Notes under the pieces: model-generated
Told to the model about the DNA's origin: nothing
What the model saw: the letters and a program-made list of their open reading frames with translations, nothing else
Database searches by the model: none
Assembly: GCA_049523135.1 (NCBI GenBank)
Contig: JBEKNE010000001.1
Coordinates: forward strand, 18,095 to 82,094
DNA: 64,000 nt
Reading direction: 5' to 3'
Source: Candidatus Microgenomates bacterium
GTDB lineage: Bacteria; Patescibacteriota; Microgenomatia; UBA8517
Shown: positions 55,772 through 64,000 of the stretch, in pieces
Layout of the letters: every line of letters starts with the position of its first letter
Numbering within the stretch: position 1 is the stretch's first letter
Program-made: the position numbers and the translations under genes

Positions 55772-56551
55772 ATGGTCAAAAAGCCTCAGTGGGTAAAAGC
55801 TCGTCATCAGAGCTTCTCACTGAGGTCGTGTCTCGAAAGGGACATGGGTAGTCGAAAGACTGCCACTGGTGGCGAGCTTTTTCGTGGTAATAAGCTCCCA
55901 AAAAATAAAATCATGCTTACAAAAGAACAGAAATTAAAAATAAAAGAAGAGGAGAAATTCAGGGCTCAGGTTAGAAATGAGCAAGAGCAGAAAGAAAAAC
56001 CCAATAGAGGAAAAGGTTGTCTGGTTGTAATTGCTATATTTATTGGTTTGGCTATCGTGATGGGAATTACCCAAGGATTATATCGAGCTTCACTCCCCAA
56101 GCCTACTCCTTCGCCAACTCCATCTGCAAAATTTATGTCAGACCTCTCAGATTTATTCTGTCTAAGCAGGCAGGGAATATATGCCTATGAAAGTTTTATT
56201 TGCATGGGTTGTGCAAACCTTGACGATATTCACAGTTTTCTTAATAGCTCTGAGCCTGTAACAATCAACAAAGCTGAAAAAGCTCCCACAAAGGAATCCT
56301 GCAACAATGTCGCCAGTGATTGCGTACAAAGATGGGATGAAAAGACCTGTATAAATATCGCAGCTCAAAAATACTGGCTGGGAATGACAAAAGACCAGTT
56401 AATTACCTCACTTGGCCTCCCCAATCAACAGAATGATACTGTTGGAAGCTGGGGATTTCATACTCAATGGGTCTATGGGACTTATGGCCCATATATTTAT
56501 TTGGAAGGAACAGACAAAGACCATTTAAAGGTAACAAGTTATCAGGATTAA
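55772..56551 (+). CDS. Hypothetical membrane-anchored protein with Cys-rich extracytoplasmic domain (start uncertain, possibly Met at ~55907)
   Basis: Lys/Glu-rich segment, a TM helix, then a domain with several Cys. Confidence 0.4.
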   Translation: MVKKPQWVKARHQSFSLRSCLERDMGSRKTATGGELFRGNKLPKNKIMLTKEQKLKIKEEEKFRAQVRNEQEQKEKPNRGKGCLVVIAIFIGLAIVMGITQGLYRASLPKPTPSPTPSAKFMSDLSDLFCLSRQGIYAYESFICMGCANLDDIHSFLNSSEPVTINKAEKAPTKESCNNVASDCVQRWDEKTCINIAAQKYWLGMTKDQLITSLGLPNQQNDTVGSWGFHTQWVYGTYGPYIYLEGTDKDHLKVTSYQD

Positions 56552-57003
56552 AGTTCTGATTTTGGTAAGACATTTTTTGTAATAACTAATTTAAAAGAGT
56601 TTTGAATTAGAAATGGTATACATACCTGTTTTGTTCATGAACGGCTTTAAAATGACGTTTGAGGCACTTACACTCAATTTTAAGAGGGCTATTAGACAAG
56701 TTTTTATTCACAAAATCGAGGCCAGATTCTATAGTTTGATATAGTATAATAATTTTATTATATTTAGGCATAACCAATCGCTGTTGAACAGTGGTTTATA
56801 GGGGGTTAAAGAGGGGCAAATCACTAATTAATAGAGGTCAAGTAATCATAAATAAATTCCTTAATGCCTAAAGGGCTAGTGAAAGGCGTCTTCGTCTTCA
56901 TTTTTTTATTTAACTTAATTTGATAGCCCCACCCCCACCACCTTTCTAATAGCCACCCCTAGTTTTGGCATATTACTCCTCTCGAAAAATATGTACATAT
57001 TTT

Positions 57004-57055
57004 TTGACTTTAAGTGTAATTTAGACTATTAATTTCCCAAAAATTGTGTTATAAT
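57004..57055 (+). promoter_or_regulatory. Putative promoters in long non-coding region (TTGACT-17-TATTAA and extended -10 TGTGTTATAAT)
   Basis: Hexamers read directly from the sequence. Confidence 0.35.
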
Positions 57056-57111
57056 GTAGGCATTAGACAGGCATCTGGATTTTCCAGATAATACCAACCA
57101 CTAATCATGAG

Positions 57112-57150
57112 TTGAGCCTCAGCAAGTTATTGCTGGGGTTTTTTAATGGC
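57112..57150 (+). terminator. Rho-independent terminator-like hairpin + U-tract
   Basis: CCTCAGCAA-GTTA-TTGCTGGGG followed by TTTTTT. Confidence 0.45.
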
Positions 57151-57291
57151 AAAAGACTTCAGCCAAGCGTCAACTCATGAAAAAGGAAATTAAAAACAAA
57201 GAGGAGGCTTCAATCGACATGGCAGTCCAAGCGTGGTTTGACATTGTTTTTATGACCATTCAAGCACAGAAGGAAATGAAAATTAAAAAAG

Positions 57292-57543
57292 ATGAAAAAC
57301 TACACCACTAAAGATTTATATTTGGCCTCCTTGTTATTTGCTCAAGGCAGGAGCTTGAAAGGACTTCAAAAGGTAGGAAGAGATTATTGGTTCCAGTTTG
57401 ATGAATGCGATTCTTGCAATCAAACAATTTCAGATTATTGGAAAGGAATAGTAAGTGTTGATGCCAGAAAGTTTGTGGATTCGATAAAAAACCTAAAAAG
57501 CATGATTTTTTCTGAGATGGAGAAAGAAAAGCTAACTAGTTAA
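57292..57543 (+). CDS. Hypothetical small protein (mobile-element-associated; N-terminus TKDLYLASLL resembles DUF5659-like proteins)
   Basis: 83-aa ORF. The family assignment is tentative. Confidence 0.35.
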   Translation: MKNYTTKDLYLASLLFAQGRSLKGLQKVGRDYWFQFDECDSCNQTISDYWKGIVSVDARKFVDSIKNLKSMIFSEMEKEKLTS

Positions 57544-57563
57544 GAAAAATAAAAGAAATTAAT

Positions 57564-58154
57564 ATGAAAATTGAAAAGGTACTCAGAAAATTAAATAGTA
57601 GTTTTCAAAAGACTGAACGCAACAGACACATATTTGCACGTATTTTAAAGTTTTCTGATTCAGAATATCGACTTTACGACCTATATCTAGCCCTCTATGA
57701 CTGGGACAAAAAACATATTGGAACTTATGGCACTGTGGAAATAACAGACGAGGAAGTTGGATTTATTCTCTTTTGGTCACCTGCAAAAGTTTGCAGAATC
57801 AGGAACAAACTTTTAAATAAAAACCTAATTATACTTATCGGCAAAAGTACCTACAAAATATCCATCCTCCCAGAACCACCTATCAACGACAACCCAACAA
57901 TGTTGAAAGTTGAAGTTGCACCAATGAAAGAACCAGTTTCATACAAGCAAGAAAAACTTGCACCATTGCAAGAAAAAGAAGCCTACAAAGCCCCACCTTC
58001 TTTAGTTTCTTATAAGGATAATTACGTTTCTTTGAGGAGTGATAAGCAGTATGAGGATATGTGGTTAAGTATGGGTAAACCTAACAACTTTACTCCTGAC
58101 GATATGAAGTTTATCGACAACTCAGTTTATGAATCAATGGGGATAAAACCTTAA
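57564..58154 (+). CDS. Hypothetical protein
   Basis: 196-aa ORF directly upstream of the serine recombinase. Confidence 0.4.
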   Translation: MKIEKVLRKLNSSFQKTERNRHIFARILKFSDSEYRLYDLYLALYDWDKKHIGTYGTVEITDEEVGFILFWSPAKVCRIRNKLLNKNLIILIGKSTYKISILPEPPINDNPTMLKVEVAPMKEPVSYKQEKLAPLQEKEAYKAPPSLVSYKDNYVSLRSDKQYEDMWLSMGKPNNFTPDDMKFIDNSVYESMGIKP

Positions 58155-58201
58155 AAGTTTGAGAAAGAACATATAATTAATACTATAGGAAATATATTAA
58201 T

Positions 58202-59731
58202 ATGAATAACAAAAAGGCAATCATATATAAAAGGGTTTCAGACCCAGGACAACTTAGTGGTCTATCCTTAGATGTTCAGGAAGAAATATGCCGAAAGTGG
58301 GCTAAGGAAAATGGTTATGATGTAGTGGATGTTTTTGAAGATGGAGGAAAAACTGGAACTAAAACTGTTGGCAGACAGGGATTGGAAGACTCAGTCAATC
58401 GTTGCAAACAGAAAGATATTGATGCAATCCTAACTATTGATACTGACAGATTTGCCCGTAATGAACTTGACCACTATCTCTTAAAAGATGAACTTAATAA
58501 ACTTGGTACTCAGGTTATTGCAGTCAATCAGCCGATGATTGATGGCTCTCCAGAAGGTATGCTCTTAGAAAATAGCTTGATTGGCTTAAATGCTTTTTAT
58601 AGTCGCCTTATTGGAAGAAAAGTAAGAAAAAGTTTGGAAAAGAAATGGAACGATGGAGTTTATCCATCATGGGCTCCTTTGGGATATAAAAACGTCAATA
58701 TTGGAACGAAAGATAAGCCCAATCGAGTTATCAGAAAAGACCCTAAAATAGGCCCACTTATTACTGAACTCTTTAAACTTTATTCGACAGGAAGTTACAC
58801 ATACTTCAAACTTTGTGAGGAAATGCAAACAAGAGGTCTTCTGGCAAGGGGTGGAAAGATGCTTTGTGATAGTAGCGTCCAACAAATCATTTCCAACACC
58901 TTCTATTATGGATGGATGAAGTGGTCAGGAAAGGAAAAGATGGGAAAACATAAGCCTTTAATTTCCAAAGACTTATTTGACCAATGCCAATTTGTGGCGG
59001 CAAAGCACAGACAGTTCTTAACAAGGGAAAGGAAACACGACTTCTTATTAAGAGGGATTGCATATTGCCCAGTTCATAATTCAAGGCTAACTGCTGAATG
59101 GCATTATTACCATAATGACAAATTTAAGAAACCTAAAATTGGTTATTATCACTGCTACGCTCAAGGTGGATGTCCAACTTCATTTATTGAGGTGCCCAAG
59201 CTCGAGAGAAAGGTATCAAACCTCCTCAAAAACTATCAATTTAGTGAAAAGTTTATAGATTTAGTTGTGCAAAAGGCTAAAGATAATCTAAACGAAAGCA
59301 GAAAAAGCCTCAAGTTTAAAAGGCAGGGAATCATAAATAAACGCAGGGCCGTCGAAAAAAGCAGAAATAACCTTGAAGATTTGTTGACTGACAAAACGAT
59401 TGATAGAGATGTTTATTCAAGACAACATTCAAAGCTTGAGGCAGAGATTTTGGATTATGACAACCAACTATCCAAACTTGATAGTCAACAAAGCGTTGAC
59501 GTAGGCCTGATTGAAGAGGTGCTGTTCTTTAGTAGAAACATTTATAAAACTTATATGGAAGCTCCTACCTACCTCAAGAAGCATTACCTCAGATTCTTTT
59601 TTGAAACTATATATGTCAAAAATAAGCAGATTTCCAAAGTCGTTGAAACGCCCATTTTTGCAGCCTTGCGTAGGCAGAACTACATTATAATAAAGTTAGC
59701 TTTGCTCCGGCGACAGGATTCGAACCTGTAA
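58202..59731 (+). CDS. Large serine recombinase (resolvase/invertase catalytic domain + recombinase domain + zinc ribbon + coiled coil)
   Basis: N-terminal IIYKRVSDPGQ with the catalytic Ser. DTDRFARN. The recombinase domain carries a Cys/His cluster (CPVHNS...CYAQGGCP). The 3' end overlaps tRNA-Asn. Confidence 0.85.
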   Translation: MNNKKAIIYKRVSDPGQLSGLSLDVQEEICRKWAKENGYDVVDVFEDGGKTGTKTVGRQGLEDSVNRCKQKDIDAILTIDTDRFARNELDHYLLKDELNKLGTQVIAVNQPMIDGSPEGMLLENSLIGLNAFYSRLIGRKVRKSLEKKWNDGVYPSWAPLGYKNVNIGTKDKPNRVIRKDPKIGPLITELFKLYSTGSYTYFKLCEEMQTRGLLARGGKMLCDSSVQQIISNTFYYGWMKWSGKEKMGKHKPLISKDLFDQCQFVAAKHRQFLTRERKHDFLLRGIAYCPVHNSRLTAEWHYYHNDKFKKPKIGYYHCYAQGGCPTSFIEVPKLERKVSNLLKNYQFSEKFIDLVVQKAKDNLNESRKSLKFKRQGIINKRRAVEKSRNNLEDLLTDKTIDRDVYSRQHSKLEAEILDYDNQLSKLDSQQSVDVGLIEEVLFFSRNIYKTYMEAPTYLKKHYLRFFFETIYVKNKQISKVVETPIFAALRRQNYIIIKLALLRRQDSNL

Positions 59732-59776
59732 TCATCTCCTTAACAGGGAGCCGCGATACCGTTTCGCCACGCCGGA
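59705..59776 (-). tRNA. tRNA-Asn (GUU)
   Basis: Cloverleaf: acceptor TCCGGCG/CGCCGGA, D-arm GCGA-AACGGTA-TCGC, anticodon loop CTGTTAA, T-arm ACAGG-TTCGAAT-CCTGT. Confidence 0.8.
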
Positions 59777-59828
59777 ATAAAATACTTACGAGGCTAATTA
59801 TAGCATTTATATTTGCATTGCCAAAGAC

Positions 59829-61022
59829 ATGAGTTATAATCTTGTCATGGCCACAACCGATTGGGCAGTAAAACAAATTGAAGAGCTCAAGGGGCAACAC
59901 CTCTATAATAATATTCTGGTTTTGGAAAGTGCAGTTGGGCCGGAGGTAAAAATAAACGGAAAAAAGCTTCTGAATTTCTGCTCAAATAACTACTTAGGAT
60001 TGGCTAATAATCCTGAAATGAAAAAGGCGGCTATTGAAGCCATTAAAAAATACGGAATTGGCCCCGCGGCCGTAAGAACCATTGCCGGAACAACCGTTCT
60101 TCATAAAGAACTTGAGGCGGTTCTTGCCAAGTTTAAAAAAGCCCCGGCAGTTATCACCTTCCAAAGCGGATTTTCAGCAAATATTGCAGTTATTCCAGCA
60201 CTAGTCGGTGAGGGAGATTTAATTTTTTCCGATGAATTGAATCATGCCAGCATTATTGATGGCTGCAGGCTAAGTAGGGCCACTGTTATCAGATATGCTC
60301 ACACCGATCCTAAAGATTTGGAGGAAAAACTTAAAGCCGCCGATTCGAAAGTCAAAAGATTGGTAATTACTGATGGAGTTTTTTCAATGGACGGCGATAT
60401 TGCTCCGCTTGATAAAATTTATGCGGTTTCAAGCAAATACGGTGCAATGCTTATGGTTGACGACGCTCACGGAGAAGGAGTATTGGGAGAAAATGGCCGT
60501 GGAATTGTTGACCACTTTAAACTCCACGGAAAAGTTGATGTTGAGGTTGGAACCATGAGTAAGGCTTTTGGAGTTGTAGGCGGAATGGCCGCAGGAAAGA
60601 CTGAAATAATTGAGTGGCTATCACAACGGGGCAGGCCATTTCTTTTTAGTTCCGCTATGACAATTCCGGATGTTGCAGCCTGTATAGCCGCCGTAAAACT
60701 TCTGGAAAAGTCAGACAGTTTGGTTGAAAAACTCTGGAAAAATGCAGACTACTTGCGAACCGGACTTAAAAAATTAGGCTTTGATACAGGCACTTCCATC
60801 TCCCCTATTATTCCTTTGATGCTCGGAGATGCAAAGCTGGCACAAGATATGAGCAAGGAACTTTTTAACGAAGGTCTTTTTGCAAAAGCAATTGCCTATC
60901 CAACAGTTCCCCAAGGTAAAGCCAGAATCAGAATTATGAATTCGGCAGGCCATTCAAAAGAACAACTTGATAAAGCTCTTAAAATCTTTGAAAAAGTTGG
61001 TAAAAAACTAAACATAATATAA
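59829..61022 (+). CDS. kbl: 2-amino-3-ketobutyrate CoA ligase (glycine C-acetyltransferase)
   Basis: PLP-dependent AOS family. The PLP-lysine region is TMSKAFG. Paired with tdh. Confidence 0.8.
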   Translation: MSYNLVMATTDWAVKQIEELKGQHLYNNILVLESAVGPEVKINGKKLLNFCSNNYLGLANNPEMKKAAIEAIKKYGIGPAAVRTIAGTTVLHKELEAVLAKFKKAPAVITFQSGFSANIAVIPALVGEGDLIFSDELNHASIIDGCRLSRATVIRYAHTDPKDLEEKLKAADSKVKRLVITDGVFSMDGDIAPLDKIYAVSSKYGAMLMVDDAHGEGVLGENGRGIVDHFKLHGKVDVEVGTMSKAFGVVGGMAAGKTEIIEWLSQRGRPFLFSSAMTIPDVAACIAAVKLLEKSDSLVEKLWKNADYLRTGLKKLGFDTGTSISPIIPLMLGDAKLAQDMSKELFNEGLFAKAIAYPTVPQGKARIRIMNSAGHSKEQLDKALKIFEKVGKKLNII

Positions 61023-62038
61023 TGCTTCAGGCTCTTGTTACAGGAATTTCGGGAGAGGTCGGACATGGTCTTATCAAGGCCTTATCTGCCTCCGAAGAGT
61101 TTGAAGTTTCGGCAGCCGATATTAAAAACCCGGATGAGGCAATTTCCGGAAATTTGAAGAACTTTTTTGAATGCGACGTTTCGGATTCCAACGCCGTAAA
61201 CAAGATTTTTGAGAAAGAAAATTTTGATATTATCTTTCATTTGGCCTCAATCCTTTCAACAGGAGGTGAAAAATCCCCGGAAAAAGCCATTGACGTAAAC
61301 ATTAAAGGAATCATAAATTTGCTTGAGGCGGCTACTAGTACAGCAATAAGATGCAAAAAATCCGCCAAGTTTATTTTTCCCAGTTCGATTGCAGCCTATG
61401 GTTTACCGTCTTTAGAAGAAAAATCAAAAAATAAAAGAGTTACTGAAGAACAATTCTTAAACCCAATAACAATTTACGGCATTTCCAAGCTCAATGGTGA
61501 AAAACTCGGCAGATATTTTTCCGAAAACTATATGCTGCTATCCGATCTGGACAGGAAAAATTTAATCGATTTCAGATGCGTAAGGTTTCCAGGACTTCTC
61601 TCCCCTGATACCGTTCCTTCAGGAGGAACCAGCGATTACGGATCCGAAATGATTCATGCCGCAGCCCAAGGACAAAGTTATGAATGCTTTGTAAGACCGG
61701 ATACAACAATTCCATTTATGGCAATGGCGGATGCCGCTGGGGCACTTCTGAGCCTTAGCAATACCTCAAAGACAAGTTTAACAACACGGATTTATAATGT
61801 CGCGGGGTTTAGCGTCTCGGCAAAAGAAATTGAAAATGAAGTTAAAAAGTTTTTCCCTAATTTTAAAGTCAGTTACAAAATTAATGAGGCCAGACAAAGG
61901 ATTGTTGACTCGTGGCCCATGGATATTGACGACTCCCTAGCGCAAAAGAATTGGGGCTGGAAGAAAAAATATGATTTCGAAAAGACTTTCTCCGAATATC
62001 TCGTTCCAAAAATTAAGGAGAGATATCAGTCCAAATAA
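61022..62038 (+). CDS. tdh: L-threonine 3-dehydrogenase, NAD-dependent epimerase/dehydratase (SDR-extended) type
   Basis: N-terminal [11 protein letters not shown] Rossmann motif. Its start overlaps the kbl stop. Confidence 0.75.
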   Translation: MLQALVTGISGEVGHGLIKALSASEEFEVSAADIKNPDEAISGNLKNFFECDVSDSNAVNKIFEKENFDIIFHLASILSTGGEKSPEKAIDVNIKGIINLLEAATSTAIRCKKSAKFIFPSSIAAYGLPSLEEKSKNKRVTEEQFLNPITIYGISKLNGEKLGRYFSENYMLLSDLDRKNLIDFRCVRFPGLLSPDTVPSGGTSDYGSEMIHAAAQGQSYECFVRPDTTIPFMAMADAAGALLSLSNTSKTSLTTRIYNVAGFSVSAKEIENEVKKFFPNFKVSYKINEARQRIVDSWPMDIDDSLAQKNWGWKKKYDFEKTFSEYLVPKIKERYQSK

Positions 62039-63105
62039 TCCTGAAGTTTCTTTCTACGGCTTGGGTGTTTTAGTTTTCTGAGTGCTTTTGCTTCAATTTG
62101 ACGAATACGCTCACGGGTCACTCCAAATACCTTTCCAACTTCTTCAAGAGTCATCGCCTTGGTTCCTTCCAAACCAAATCTAAGCTTAAGAACTTTTGCT
62201 TCCCTTTCGGATAGTGTTCCCAAAACTTCTTCCAAATGATCTTTAAGCAGTTGCTTACTTGCCTGATCAACCGGCGAAAGTGTTGTTTCATCAGGAATGA
62301 AATCTCCCAAGAAACTTTCCTGATCCTCTCCGACAGGAGCTTCCAGAGAAGTGGTTTCCTGGGCAATTTTAAATATTTCTCTAATCCTATCTCCATCCAT
62401 TTCAAGTTCTTCTCCAATCTCTTCGGGGGTTGGCTCGCGTCCAAGTTCCTGCATAAGCCGCCTGCTGGTTCGATAAATTTTGTTAATTGTCTCAACCATA
62501 TGAACCGGAATTCTAATGGTTCTAGCCTGATCGGCAATCGCACGGGTAATCGCCTGCCTGATCCACCAGGTTGCATACGTAGAAAACTTATAACCCTTTC
62601 TCCAATCATACTTTTCAACCGCACGAATAAGTCCTTGATTTCCCTCCTGAATAAGATCAAGGAGAGAAAGACCCCTGCCGATATATTTCTTGGCGATTGA
62701 AACGACAAGTCTGAGGTTACTTTCCGTTAGTTTATCTTTTGCCCGCTTGTCTGCCTTTTCATATCTTTTGGCAAGCTCGACTTCATCCTCAGCCAAAAGA
62801 AGGGGAACTCTTCCGATCTCCCTTAAATATTGCCTGACAGGATCTGTTGATTCAATTCCTTCAAGTTTTGTAAGAAGTTCTATCTCGCGGTCAAGTTTTT
62901 CTTTGGCTTTTTCATCCGTCTCAATTTCCCCCGGAGTTACAGACTCAAAAACATCAATTCCTTCAGCAAGAAGTTTTTCATATAAATCATCAAGTTCAGG
63001 GACTCTTTCTTCCGCATCAGGAAATACCTCCATTATTTCCTCTTGTGTCAGGAACCCTTGATCACGACCTTTTTTAATTAAATCGAGTACTGGTTTTCGT
63101 ATCAT
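62026..63105 (-). CDS. rpoD: RNA polymerase sigma factor RpoD/SigA
   Basis: Region 2.4 motif [28 protein letters not shown] plus regions 3 and 4. Confidence 0.9.
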   Translation of the reverse strand: MIRKPVLDLIKKGRDQGFLTQEEIMEVFPDAEERVPELDDLYEKLLAEGIDVFESVTPGEIETDEKAKEKLDREIELLTKLEGIESTDPVRQYLREIGRVPLLLAEDEVELAKRYEKADKRAKDKLTESNLRLVVSIAKKYIGRGLSLLDLIQEGNQGLIRAVEKYDWRKGYKFSTYATWWIRQAITRAIADQARTIRIPVHMVETINKIYRTSRRLMQELGREPTPEEIGEELEMDGDRIREIFKIAQETTSLEAPVGEDQESFLGDFIPDETTLSPVDQASKQLLKDHLEEVLGTLSEREAKVLKLRFGLEGTKAMTLEEVGKVFGVTRERIRQIEAKALRKLKHPSRRKKLQDYLD

Positions 63106-64000
63106 TGTTCATTGAGTATCACACCACTACCGTTTTCCTCTTCGTAACCGGAAAGTGATTTGGCGAGTTTATTAAATTCATTTTGAGCTTTAAGTAGCTT
63201 ATCTTTATCGCCTTTTTCTTCCGTATCCCGCATTTGAGAGGCTAAAACCTTTAACCTTTCTTTTACAGTATGTATTTTAAGCTCTTTTTTGACTAAATCC
63301 AACTCCCTCTTAAGTTCATCGGGATTTTCCATTAAATCCTGGTTGTCGGTAAGAACCATTTCGGAAAATGCCTGAAAAAGTTCAGCCGGCAATTTACTCC
63401 CAAACTCGGTTACGTTAAACGCCTTATCGGTAGGATATTTTGTATATTCTTCAACTAGCCTTTTATATATTGGGAGTGAAATAAGTCCGGCAGACTCTTT
63501 TGAAAGAAGATTCTTCGGATCGGACTGAAAAACCAAGGCTAAATATCTTTCTTCCAAAAGATCTCTTTTGTTTTTTTCATGCACTTCTTCCGGAATTTCA
63601 GTGGATTTGGCGGTAAGAACTTCAGCTGATTTTCCGATTTCTTCGGTAACCGCCTCCAGAGGTACCCCAAGCCTCCCCGCCACAATATTTGCGTAGTGCG
63701 ACTGAACAATCTTGTCACTTATTTCTCTAAGGATCGGAATAATTTCTTTAGAAATCTTTGACTTTCCGGCACCACTCTCTGAATTAACCCGCGCAAAAAC
63801 AGAGTCAATAAAGAAATCGTAAATTCCCTCTGCTGCAATTAAGTCTTTTTTATAGCTTTCCAGGTTTCCGCGAGCAGCATCATCAGGATCTTTATATCCA
63901 CTTATTTTTGCGACTTTTACTTCTACCCCAAGATCGCTGGCAATTTTAATTCCGCGCCTGTCTGCTGCATCCCCTGCCACATCACTATCGAGTGCCAAAA
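63102..64000 (-). CDS. dnaG: DNA primase DnaG, C-terminal part (gene continues beyond window end)
   Basis: Toprim motif [12 protein letters not shown] and the C-terminal helicase-interaction region. Classic dnaG-rpoD order. Confidence 0.8.
   Translation of the reverse strand, partial: LALDSDVAGDAADRRGIKIASDLGVEVKVAKISGYKDPDDAARGNLESYKKDLIAAEGIYDFFIDSVFARVNSESGAGKSKISKEIIPILREISDKIVQSHYANIVAGRLGVPLEAVTEEIGKSAEVLTAKSTEIPEEVHEKNKRDLLEERYLALVFQSDPKNLLSKESAGLISLPIYKRLVEEYTKYPTDKAFNVTEFGSKLPAELFQAFSEMVLTDNQDLMENPDELKRELDLVKKELKIHTVKERLKVLASQMRDTEEKGDKDKLLKAQNEFNKLAKSLSGYEEENGSGVILNEQ

Larger units (their letters stand above)
54949..59776. mobile_element. Putative small integrative element (excisionase-like HTH ... 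large serine recombinase) inserted at the 3' end of tRNA-Asn. The left boundary is not defined.
   Basis: Recombinase ORF overlaps tRNA 3' half by 27 nt. An xis-like HTH lies at the other end. The interior holds hypothetical ORFs and a 740-bp non-coding stretch. No flanking direct repeat was found by eye. Confidence 0.4.

Noticed and set aside
62151-63061. ORFs 62151-62708 (-), 62236-62700 (+), 62690-63061 (+) within rpoD.
   Set aside because: These are alternate-frame or antisense readings of the sigma-70 gene.
1-64000. CRISPR arrays, rRNA genes, transposase/IS elements.
   Set aside because: No regularly spaced direct repeats, no rRNA-like conserved stretches, and no transposase motifs (DDE/HUH) were seen anywhere in the window. 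The only recombinases are the tyrosine recombinase at 17059 and the serine recombinase at 58202.

Overview
AT-rich, gene-dense segment that looks like a reduced-genome bacterium of the CPR/Patescibacteria type. Proteins are small, intergenic spacers are short, most genes lie on the minus strand, and several enzymes are archaeal-type (TIM, split transketolase, class I FBA, ATP-dependent ligase).

The content is mostly housekeeping:
- Partial gdh, mpg, pth, an ATP-dependent DNA ligase, Fic, nnrD, recF, mutM, ftsH, trpS, ftsB, and a Xer-like recombinase.
- A B12-dependent ribonucleotide-reductase operon, nrdR-nrdJ-pduO.
- Two tandem class A PBPs.
- A long glycolysis/pentose-phosphate cluster: 2-hydroxyacid dehydrogenase, PfkB kinase, fba, split tkt, LOG, gap, pgk, rpiB, tpiA, glutaredoxin.
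- A DUF4430 + ECF S-component pair, efp-epmA, a SET-domain protein, an LPXTG-anchored DUF3494 surface protein, kbl-tdh, rpoD and partial dnaG.

The most unusual items seen directly in the sequence:
1. A tRNA(CAU) gene at 16314-16581 interrupted by a ~198-nt group I intron with recognisable P7/R-S elements. Next to it is a free-standing HTH + LAGLIDADG-like putative homing-endonuclease ORF whose 3' end overlaps a second, intron-less tRNA(CAU).
2. A tyrosine recombinase abutting a tRNA-like gene with anticodon UAU.
3. A large serine recombinase whose 3' end overlaps the 3' half of tRNA-Asn, with an excisionase-family HTH, a 740-bp non-coding region and hypothetical ORFs to its left. This looks like a small integrative element.
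4. A foreign-looking GC-rich fragment after the LPXTG protein gene.

No CRISPR array and no rRNA were seen. I had no computational tools, so every call is from reading motifs by eye.
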